Shown here piece after piece: positions 1-10,979 of a stretch of 64,000 nucleotides of DNA. Each line of letters opens with the position of its first letter. Within the stretch, counting starts at the first letter, position 1. The notes under the pieces were generated by a model. That model did no database searches, was not told the DNA's origin, and saw nothing but the letters and a program-made list of their open reading frames with translations. Source of the stretch: Magallana gigas. Lineage: Eukaryota. Made by a program: the position numbers and the translations under genes. The stretch is taken from positions 41,602,001-41,666,000 of the forward strand of contig NC_088858.1 in assembly GCF_963853765.1 (NCBI RefSeq), read 5' to 3'.

Positions 1-567
1 GTATGCTACTTTCATGTCAATTCTGTAGATCCACGGTTCATCAACCTAAATTAACAGTAAAGCTGCAGAGTTCTGCAGCTAGATTTAAAATAGTTGTTTC
101 ATAATTTTGTTAACACTTAATTTGTCAACCACTAGCACATGTTGTTGACACTTTGGAAATGCGGGCCAACATTGCACATATGTTTCATATTACAGACATT
201 GTTAATATAGTCCACAGTCAGTACAGACATTGATATTTATATTGATTTCATGTCAACATCTACTGGTAGATGTTTATCACATGCATAAACACTGTGAACC
301 AATTTAGACAATAATTTTCTTTCATTAACAAATACTGTTAAACAGTATTTGTTAATGAATACAAAACAGTACATTGTTATTTATACAAAGCGTTTTTACA
401 TTTGTCATTAAAATTAACATTTGATGATGTCAAAGTGTCAAAATTAATATAATTAAACAAAAGTATATGTTTTTACAGAGGAGTAGTGGAAATTCTTTAA
501 TCTGCATAATACACTATATTTTTTTTCTCCATTACCACTTAGAATGATATTATCAGGTCCCTATATC

Positions 568-1636
568 GGGCTTGGGGTAATGCTAAATGTAATAGTAATG
601 CATTGCAATGCATTACATACAGTCGTTTTACCGGTAACGAATATTTGCCAGTATCGAATAATTTTTAGAAAAATTATTGGTGAAAGACGAAGTTAAGGTT
701 TCAAAAAATCCTAGCTAGGTAATTATAATACAGAAATAAATATTCTATCAGTGTGTGAAGTTGTTTGACATTTGCACGATTGTTCACCGTATTGTTTACA
801 GATTAAAAAGGTGACCCAGATATGAGCTGCCGGAAGTGCAAGGCAGAAAAAATGAAAGTGTGAAAACAATTAAGCCTGACTATGAAAATAAGTTTGTTAT
901 TGACCCCTATTTTGTGGATAATTAGTAATTATAATCCAGTTAATAAGATTAGGCATCATATCAAATAATAATGGAGTTTTGAATGAAATTACGACTTCCA
1001 ATAGAACCATGTGTAGTTTTCCTAGTTTCGGGTCATTGCGATAGAAGCATTATTTGGCTGGATATATTGATAGATGTACAAGAAAAACAAAGGCAAATGA
1101 CAATTACTTATCATCAATTACAAATATAGAGTGTTTTCATGAAAATTCAATTTTCAATTTCATTAAGTAACACAAATGAAAACTGTTAGTCCAGTTTCAA
1201 TTTGACGGGAAAACGGTATGACAAAAATAACGATCATATTATTTGTTTAAATGACATATTCACACAATTATTTTTCCTTCTTCATTTATAAGTCTATTAA
1301 CATGTACCTCTAGTATATTTTTTAAATTAATTCGCCTCAAAATATTCTGTCAGAAGTAATAGAGGGCGCTTGATTTGATACTGGAAAACGAATTCGAAAC
1401 TAGATTTTTGGAGGTTTGATTCTACAGTTTAGAAGGACAAAGAAACGTGATTTAAACAAAAAATAAAAACATTTGGAATTCTCATAATAATAGTCGCATG
1501 CACGATGAAACCGCATACTGATTCGTTAGCGGTAAAACGACTGTACATGTATTTTCAAAGTAATGCTAGTAATGTGTAATGCCACAATTTTAGCATTACA
1601 AGTAATGGTGATGTAAAATCTAGTGTAATGCTGGCA
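568..1636. mobile_element. Degenerate hAT-like non-autonomous DNA element; right terminus lost
   Basis: Left end (C)GGGCTTGGGGTAATGC followed by GTAAT/GCATT subterminal repeats (568-610). A matching GTAAT-rich block lies at 1560-1636. CCCTATAT (560-567) resembles GCCTATAT (1659-1666) as a possible 8-bp TSD. Family assignment is inference. Confidence 0.45.
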
Positions 1637-2528
1637 TTCTTTTCTCTCTTTATATAGGGCCTATATATAGAGAGAAAAGAATGAGTTTCAATCACATCAC
1701 TATGAGTATGTATCGCTTAAATGATTGGATCACAGAGATGGTTACATTATTGCAGCTAAGCAATATATGGATCAGGTAAATAAATTCATAGCCACTGTTA
1801 TATCTTTATTCAATCAAATATACCATTTAAGTAAAAAAAATGAATTGCGCAAGTTTTAAATTTTCTGCATGATGCATCTCGAAATTGAATTTAACGGTCG
1901 AGGAAATTCGAAAAAAAGTGATCACAAACCAAAATAATGGTATCTATAGATAAGATGCAGTCGGCAAGAAAAAATAAGCACAAACCATGATTTCCCCTTT
2001 CCAAAACTATTTCCAATTCTTCAAGTTCAAGGCTTGCCTCTGCCATAGGGTAAAACTTGTAGTTTCGATTTTACACCTCAAAGGGAGTGAGAGGTCGGTT
2101 ACAAGCTCTTTCGTGTGCGGAGGTGAAAATTAAAAAGCGTCCGTTAAACGTTGACAATCCGCCAGAAAGTTCTCTGACGCTTGGTGAAAAAAGAAATCAT
2201 GGAAGATATAAAGTTAATCAACGATCTACGTGAATTAAACAAAGTATGTATTTTTGATGTAACACTGATAAGAATAGATTTTTCAAATTGTCAAAAATAC
2301 AGAGGGACCCTTTAAAATTAATGAACTTACATTGTACGTTTTTTGTACATATTTTTGGCCAGGAAACATTGAAAAAAAAGGTTATCCTTAAATAAGAATA
2401 TTCATACTTTCACACAAGCAATCTTACAAAATAGAATAAATAGGTAGATTTAATATGTTTTCCGGTGCTACCGTTGTGGCGAGCACAACAAGAATTACAT
2501 ACATGCATAGCATCATTGTCAACTTAGT

Positions 2529-3291
2529 CAGGTTGGGCACAACCCCCCATTTGGTGGTTTGAGTCCCATTTGGTGGTTAAATGCCCAAATGATATACCTG
2601 TTTTACCTACCAAATGGGACTCAGTTTTTGTTTATTGCAGGTGTTTAGAAAACGGTCCCGGAAGTCGCATATAAACAAAGTGTTTCTGTCTGCAAAAAGA
2701 TCGATTTTATTTAAAACACGACATGGCCTTGTTCCTCGAACTCTTTACTTTTAATTCCTATCATCCGGCAAATGAAAAACAATTGGAGCCAATGAAAACA
2801 GTGATCTTTACCGATGTACGTTGAAAGCTCAATTTAGGTATTTTAGTTTTTAAGTACTTTTTAGTGAAAATTATTTCATTGCACGATCATGCCCCCATAT
2901 TAAAATTAGGTGATGGTGTGCACCTAGAAATCATTCTTTTGATTGGCTGCAATTGCTTTTTCATTTGCCCGGATGATAGTGTCATCGATCTTTTTGGAAA
3001 CAAAAGTACTTTGTTTATATGCGACTTCCAGGATGCATAACATTTCGATCTTTTTCTAAACACCCGTGCGGAAAAATCGACACATAGAATTTTTTAAACG
3101 AGTGTATTATGAAGAAAACATGTCAGAGTACTAGCCGCGGTGGTAAAAACGATGCGCTTTTTCTTCAGAAAAACGTCATCCACGATGAACGAAAAATGAG
3201 TCCCAATTGGTAGGTAAAACAGGTATACCATTTGGGCATTTAACCACCAAATGGGACTCAAACCACCAAACGGGGGGTTGTGACCAACCTG
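2529..3291. mobile_element. Fold-back MITE with ~95-bp TIRs, nested internal inverted repeats and 5-bp TSD
   Basis: CAGGTTGGGCACAACCCCCC...GGGACTCA (2529-2623) is the reverse complement of 3197-3291 with about 4 mismatches. TTAGT flanks both ends (2524-2528, 3292-3296). Inner inverted pairs: ~2640-2705 with ~2983-3064, and ~2758-2798 with ~2937-2978. Confidence 0.85.
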
Positions 3292-3299
3292 TTAGTGTT

Positions 3300-3304
<5 letters not shown>

Positions 3305-3376
<72 letters not shown>

Positions 3377-3435
3377 GACAGCCAGCCAGATCAGACAGAG
3401 AGATAGACAGGAGAGAGAACAGAGAGAGATAGAGA
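3305..3435. repeat. (GA)n microsatellite with degenerate GA-rich tail
   Basis: Pure GA run about 3305-3365, then interrupted GA/GACA repeats. Confidence 0.95.
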
Positions 3436-4175
3436 ATTATGATGTAACACTGATAAGATTAGATTTAGATCTGCTATAGTCTGTCCAAAGTTATTGCTTC
3501 CATCACTTTCTGATGATTTTTAATAAAAATACACATACCTGTAAAAGAAATACAGTTCAAATTGATGAAAAGAAATATATAAAAAATATCTTCATTGAAC
3601 AATTATCATTTTTCACTCATAAAAGTTCACAGGAACGAAAACAAATTTATTACGGAGATTTATAATTGGAAATGTTTACATCTTATCTCTATTCGGAAGT
3701 ACTCAGGATACCTCGCGCATTTTTTCAATGTTATCATCCGGGCTTATTAATGGCTGATGCAAAATCCCCAAGGTCTTTCTATTTTTGGATTTGTATTGAA
3801 ACCTGAAGTGGTAGGGGGGGGGGGGGGGGTTCAAAACAGATAATCTGGACATTTTTCATATTAGTGGATGAACGTAGTTTGAGCACAAAGGTATTTATGA
3901 TTATTGTAATATCAAGCAAAAAGTGGTGGAAGCAAAAATTCTGGACAGAGTATAGAAAGTTCTCTGACATTTGGTGAAAAGAGAGTCATGGAAGATATAA
4001 AGTTAATCAACGTTCTACTTGAATTAGTGAGCTGTGCTCGCTAATATTCAATTTGTAATTAAATTTAGATACTATCGAATCATGTTAATAACATAAAACA
4101 GGTCCAGCATAATCTTTTGAAACTGAACTTTTTTTATTGTACAACGATTGATAAGCAAGTTCTACAACTTATAGT

Positions 4176-4335
4176 AATATCTCTCGTTGGCACGGATGTT
4201 AGCGCGAGGGAACCCACATGTCCAAGCAGGCGACCTCCATACCCTATCACATACAGCCACTGTCAATCATGGGGATCGAACTTGGGTCGCAGCAATGACA
4301 AGCGAGTGAATTGTCCACTAAGCTACTTGGACACC
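4176..4335 (-). mobile_element. tRNA-derived SINE
   Basis: The minus strand begins GGTGTCCAAG-TAGCTTAGTGG (A-box-like) ... AGTTCGATCCC (B-box-like), followed by a non-tRNA body. It has no complete cloverleaf or CCA end. Confidence 0.65.
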
Positions 4336-4404
4336 TCAATTGGACACAAACGATTGTGCTGGACCTGATATAAATTGTAATCACTCTTTTAATTTATATT
4401 ATAG

Positions 4405-7400
4405 AATGATTTTTACATCACATGTAATGGGAAAATTGTCCAGAGACATGAAGAGATTAAGGAAGGAAATCTTTATCGGATTGTTCCCAGATTACTTGGT
4501 GGCAAGGGAGGTAAGATTTTAAATCATTTTTCTTATTCAGTAAACATGTACTATATTTATTTGCATGCAAAAATTATTCGAGAGGTTCATGAGAACCTCG
4601 TTTATGCAAATATTTCTCGCTGCAAACCGGTATTTAAATATTTCTGATATATTATTTTCCAGATAATCTATACATTTTTGTTGCAAAAATGAGTCATGCA
4701 AACCAGTATATATCTGGTCAATCACAATCTAAAGTTTTTGCAAATAAAAGTTGTTTTTTTACCAATCCATATGATAAACACCACAACAACCCCTTGAACT
4801 AAGTCTACAGACATTTTTAAATCCTTCCAAGGGGTTGAAAGGTGATAGGAAGTTGATTTTCAAAAAGCGAGATCATTAATATTTATATATTGTGGGGTAT
4901 GGATCATTACCAGAATTTACCATCAAATCACTTCCATTGCCAGCTTCAAATGCTCAGTTGGTTATCAGTATGTTCCTGACTTGAGTCTTGTCCAGTAGTT
5001 TTCTAAGAACATAGAGGATTGATATAAGATGTTGGTTTTTGTTAATTTATATAGGGTTTGGTTCAATGCTAAGGGCCATTGGAGCACAGATTGACAAAAC
5101 AAACAACAGAGAAGCCTGTCGAGATCTCAGTGGACGGCGGATGAGAGATGTTAACAATGAAAAGCAGTGAGTATTTGATTTTATAAACAACAGCATATCT
5201 TCATAAAGTTTTCTGTGCAAATACACAAATACATGAAATTTAATTTCACCCAGGAATAGAGTAACTTTAATTTCATGTTTTGAATTAAAAATTTTTAAGG
5301 CTTAAAGAGTGGGTTGCAAAAAAGGCAGAGAAAGAAAAAGAGCGAGAAGAAAAGAGAAAAGAAAGAATGGAGAGAAGACGAGCTGTACCAAACCACAAAT
5401 TTGATGACCCTCTTTATGATAAGCAAAGAGCAGTTGTGGCAGAAAATCAAGAAGATGCTCTCCAGATTGGTAAATTGTCACTTTAAAATCTTTGAGAGAT
5501 TCGTATGTCTCCACTGTGACTTATCATTTAAACAATAAAGTACTCTTTTTAGTGGTTCATGCAAGTATGAAAATAGTAAACATTGCAGAAATAAATAAAT
5601 TATTTATAACCTTTAATATACATGTAATACATGTATTACATTTAGAGTTGACTATGGTATATGGAAACATAATTATTTTTAAAGAAAAAAATTATCTTAG
5701 AGCTGCAATAATGTCATCTTCGCTAGCCAATGGTTTTCAGTCCACTCTGCTCTCCATAAATTTATGGGGTGCGGAGTGGACCGAAAACCCTTGGCTAGTG
5801 AAGATGCAATAATGAACAAATATTTTTTTGGTGGGGGGGGGGGTCAGGTTAAAAAAAACTTGGAGATGGCTACGTTATTCACGTTATTATAGCCACATCA
5901 TGTATTTATTTGATTATATAGCTCTAACACAGACAGGATCAATGGGTGTCAGAAAAAATACAGTTTTGAAACAAAAATATTTGAGAATTCTTCTCCACTT
6001 GCAAGAATTACATTGCTTGTGTTTAAAGAAATTTATTATGAACTCTGCTGATGCAGTAAAATAAAGCCCTTTGTCCAGTAATTCAGACAATATTAAATAT
6101 GACTTTATAACCGTAATCACCTCTAATACATGTACTGTAAATGTGTTATTACCCGAAAATACATAGATTGAAAGATTAGATAGAATTCAAATGTCTTTTG
6201 ATATTTTTTAGGACTACAACGAGCGCAAAGTAAACAAAAAGCATCTTGCACTATAACATCGGAGGAAGAGGCAGGACCTTCAGGGAGTGGACTGAAACGA
6301 AAGTCGGAGAGCAAGGGTGGACCCTGTAAAAAAGCAACCAAACACAATGAATGGTACATATTTTGTGTTTGTCTACCGGAAAAATCAATATTTTATCTAT
6401 CCATTTCAGAGGTTGTAACATTGTTTAAAAATAGTGTCACAAGATCACATACAGAAAATGTGCAACTTGTCATCTGATTGGTAAAATAAAAGTTCATTCT
6501 GACGTCACATAACATAACCCTGACTGGGTGACTGCCTGATCTCTTTGCACAGAGAGATCTGTATCTTAATCAGAATATCATTATAGATACATTAACCAGT
6601 ACATAATTAAGAATTGAAGCTCTGTTAGTTGACCATAAAAAAAAACAACTTGATGTACTCTGACCTTTAAATTTTTTAGGCTTGGAATTGACATTGAAAA
6701 TTTAAGTGACTTAGACAGTGAAGAAGAAAGTGACTCATCAAATAGCGAAAAGTCTTCAGAGGACCAAAGTGTCAGTTCTAGTAGCTGCCAAGAACAGACT
6801 GAAGCCACCAGCATTGATCCTTCCCAAAACACAGCCTCAAAATCACAAGTGACCCCAGATAGTGAGATGAACGTGGAGGAAACTCGGCAAACATCCTCTG
6901 ATTCTTGCAAGGAGTCTAAGCAAGAGAGTACAGTTGGTCAGACAGACAGTGGAGGTCAGAGTTCATCCTCCAGCAGCAGCACTGTAGAACCAGACAAAGG
7001 GTCAACAGAGACACAGGTGAGTCGGTGTAATTGATGCATTGACAAGTCCTCTGATTTGTCACTCTGAAAGTATTTTGCTTTATTTCATTACCTCCCTGCA
7101 AATTTCATGTAATCAATTGTGTTAAAATGTTACTGTATCGATACATGTATATTCACCAGTATTTCTGATATGTAGACACACTTGTAATTGTATTCTTGCT
7201 GTTTCTTCTACACTCGTAGGCAGTTGGTTGTAAATGTCACACCTCATTGAAAATGCATGAAATGAAATATGCAGAATAATATCGCTTAATTACTTCAGCT
7301 GTGGTGTTTATTGGAGTCCACACACTTTGTAAACTAGAATTTTGATATGCGTAAAATCTATACCCGATATGCACTCAAATTTAAATAAAAATGCAATATT

Positions 7401-9518
7401 TTATTGAAAAATTGTAAAAGATAAGGCCACATAAAATTAATTCTCTGGTTCTCAGGCCAAATTTTCCAAAATTAGATGAGGGAGGGAGGATTTTTTTTTT
7501 CTTTTTTATTGTTAAAAAAACAGATGAGGGAGGCTTTTTTTTATTTGGGAAAGAAATTAACTACCTAAAGTTAAAAAAAAAACCAAGATTTTCTTTATTC
7601 AAGCAGCTGTTTTATTATTTAATAAGGATAGCTATTAAATATTTTAACAGATAAAAACACCCCCAATGTATGTTTGAAAATACAGTCCAACTTTCAAAGT
7701 ACAACAATGATATTTAATATTTAGATCAAATGAAAAAACCTCTATTTTTTTTTTATAAGTGAACTGTTTGTTTTCATTTTGTCTGCTTCTTTGCTGTGGA
7801 GCTTTGAACATCCTTCTGTTTTTACAAAGCTGTCGTTGTGAAACAACACAATCATGACATATTGGGTACTGTCCTTCTTCTGTATCTGTGTCTTGTGTCC
7901 AACAGTGATAGCATATTGGGGGAAATACACCAGAGCTGTACATGTAGTAGGGGATCTGAATTGGAGATGCACAGGCTAAATTTGATGTCATATATTATAC
8001 TTTCTACAATGGGGCGCATATTGAGGGTGCTTTCTCAGGATTATAAGGTTCTAATTCCTGAAGTTCAGATCAACATGAAAACTGATAAAGTCCAATGATT
8101 TTTGTAAGCAAGGTACTTTCTTGGGCACCAAGTTTAGTAGCACTATATAACTTATAAGACTCTGGGTTTCTGGCAATCTATGCAGGTTCCCATTTGTTTC
8201 ACTGTTTTGGCAGTCTGAGCAGATAGACTAAATTGAATTCCATGTCTGCTTGCAGTTGATTGTGCTCATTTTGATGATAAAGAAGGACAGTGTTCCTCTG
8301 TAGTATCGGTTCAAAAACCTCACTGAACTCCTTGTAGTATCCTTCTTATCCTTTAATAAATGACAGTCATTTAAAAATAAAGAAAAATATCAATCCACTT
8401 TACAGAACGTAAAATGACATATATGATGTTTACTCTAAAATACCTGGCACTGGATCAGGAAAGTTGTGTAACTGGCTAGAGATATCATTATGCATTGCAA
8501 TCTCGGGGCCAATAATATCCGACAGTTACTGGGACCACATTTCTTCACAGTTAACTTGAATTAAGAAGCAAGTTAAGAAGTTATCGTTAAACCCCGCAAG
8601 TTTATAATGGTTAAAATCGCGGCGTCCAAACTGTTCTTGTGTTTGCCAACTGACAAAGAAACGAAGGCACCAAGTAATTTTTCTGGGGAGGTCCAACTTT
8701 TCCAATCGAATTTTATCGATTTCACGCCCTCGTACAGGTTTAACAGACAACATCCATCGGAAAAACTCTCAATTATATTCCACGGTAGAATTAACAGGGT
8801 TTCATGGCAGATACAAATCGAAACAGCAGACATTTTGATTCGTTTTAAGTCCAAAATTTCCATCGACCTCATTTTTACTAGTATCGTCTATATCATCGGG
8901 AGGTTTGGATCATAAAGTTTTTACTTAAAAAAATAAGCGACTTAATGATTAAGACTACACCGGAAGCTGCGTATTAGAAACGAAAGTAAAACTATATGCA
9001 AACCGAAAGCGGAAACTTTTTTTTTTCCGGATAGGTCTCCGCATTATCAACTTTTTATTTTATTGAAAATGCAATAAAATTTGCAATGCGGCACCCTCAA
9101 AATGGATGGGCGCGGGCCTGAGAACCGTAATTTCAATTTTATTTAGCCTAAATGAAATGGATTTATTTCTATGATTGTTAAAAAAGACATTGATGTACAT
9201 GTATTCAAATTTTTTGACAAGTTACTGTAATTCATATAGAACAAATTATCAAGATATTTTACTGTATAATATGTATACTTTGTTACTCTTTTTTTTCAGG
9301 AGGACAAGCCATTTGACTTCGATGACTACAGCAGTGCAACAGATATGGAGGTTTTGGGACTTGAGAAATTGAAGTCTCTCCTGATTGAAAGGGGGATGAA
9401 GTGTGGAGGAACCCTACAACAACGGGCAGAGAGGCTGTTCTCTGTCAAAGGACTGGACCCAAAGGACATTGATCCATCATTGCTTGCCAAACCCTTTAAG
9501 GGGAAAGGAAAGAAATAA
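4405..9518 (+). CDS. SDE2: Replication stress response regulator / splicing factor SDE2 (5'-partial model)
   Basis: Exons 4405-4510, 5055-5166, 5300-5469, 6212-6353, 6680-7016, 9300-9518 (1086 nt, frame-consistent, all GT-AG). They encode the ubiquitin-like end PRLLGG|[39 protein letters not shown] (SDE2 signature with di-Gly cleavage site), the WLG acidic region and the C-terminal [29 protein letters not shown] domain. The first coding exon was not identified. Confidence 0.93.
5715..5806. mobile_element. 92-bp fully palindromic micro-MITE in an SDE2 intron, 9-bp TSD
   Basis: Arms CATCTTCGCTAGCCAA... and ...TTGGCTAGTGAAGATG are 46 bp each with 6 mismatches and no loop. Flanks CAATAATGT and CAATAATGA. 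The TIR is the same as at 62708-62788. Confidence 0.85.
7424..9149 (-). mobile_element. DNA transposon relic with ~35-bp TIRs carrying a decayed transposase-like C-terminus (SDE2 intron)
   Basis: Left TIR AGGCCACATAAAATTAATTCTCTGGTTCTCAGGCC (7424-7458) matches the reverse complement of 9115-9149. Flanks ATAA and TAAA resemble a degenerate TTAA. Confidence 0.7.
7750..8350 (-). pseudogene. Frameshifted, stop-interrupted Cys-rich transposase-like C-terminal fragment
   Basis: The minus strand, read across frameshifts, gives [92 protein letters not shown], with several CxxC motifs and at least 4 in-frame stops. It lies inside the TIR pair. Confidence 0.7.
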
Positions 9519-10979
9519 AAGAGAGAAAATAAAAATTTTACAGGCTTAATGATATGATGGAAGATGGAAATAGAAAATAGCAAGTAGAGCATGGGCTTCT
9601 GCTGCTACAAATGACTTGGTATTTAAAAATGGGTAAACATGCAGCAATACATTACAATTCCTATGCTTGTATTCTTCATGTTCTTTGAAACATTTTCATA
9701 TGCTAAATGTGTTATAAATATGTACATCATGTCAAAAGGCTTACACATATGCCAGTACATTTACTATAATTGTAAATCATCTTGTGAAACTCAAAAAAAA
9801 ACTTCACAAAATGCTATAACACAAACACATAATATCAATTGCTTCTGCGCCTATTTTCATATTTTGATTTTTTCGATTTTGAGAAAAAAGTTCCTCTATT
9901 TCATATCTTGCATTTAAAGAAAATGCATGACTTCTGCATTGAAGTTTTGGCCTAAAAAGGTAGAGATTGTGTTATCTTATAATGTATTTGTTCTAAAATG
10001 CACATACATGAATATGTACATTTTGTAAGATTGCTTCAAAATTTCATAGCCCATCTTTTGTGGAGGAAATCAAAACTATTTGGTGGAGTTGTGGTTTTAA
10101 AGTATACTGCCATGTTTTAACTGTGAAATGTTGTTTGATGATGTCATTATAATAAATTTCTAATATGTACATGGATAATGAATCATTGATTTGAATCCTC
10201 TGGAAATAAAATAAATTTTATATGTAAATCAGGGTTTTGTAATTTTATAAGACATACATGTATATGGTGTTAACAAAAGAATGATGGATTGATAACAAGT
10301 TGTTTTACATACATGTGAAAATATTTCAGTTGTAGTGAAAACTAGTACAGGATCTTTATTTACACCTAAACTGCTTTGTTATAAATCAATTTACTTGGTC
10401 TTATACCTTTAGATATTCCATATTCTTATCATCATAATGCTAAATTGAATTTTGATTAATATCTCTTTAAGTGGTATATTGGACACCCTTTATAGATATT
10501 AATTAATTTAGGTGAAAGTTGCATGTACATGTATTATTGATGTTAAAATTTTCAAAATGTACAATTTTTGACCATACAATACATTTTAAAAGTATTAAGA
10601 AAGGAAATATTGTAAAAGCTCCAGTGGTCTTAAACTTATGTCATCCAGATAAGTAGCCAACATTTTATTCTTTTATGCTCTACTTATACATGTACTGTTA
10701 AACTTGTTTAGTACAAATACAGATGTAGCAAAATCTCAGATGTAGTGAAAATTTAAGGGAGTCACCTCTATAGGACATACCTAAAATATTTTTAAAAAGT
10801 AGTGTGTTGATTTTCGTTAGATATTAATAATTTAAATGAAAGTTTACTAAGGTAAACATTACTGAAATGGTCTGCACACCTTCAGGTTACCACAAAGGCC
10901 CACAGGCCTCTAACATGAAACCGAAAGTAGCTACCTAAAATTAACCTTGACTTGTTTTGCATATTGAAAGTAAACAAAA

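Noticed and set aside
1681-1775. Exon-like stretch ending in CAG|GTAAAT (..DHRDGYIIAAKQYMDQ)
   Set aside because: There is an in-frame TGA in that frame and no recognisable homology; it cannot be linked to SDE2.
3207-3479. ORF with an RE-repeat that looks like a charged coiled coil
   Set aside because: It is the translation of a MITE end plus the (GA)n microsatellite.
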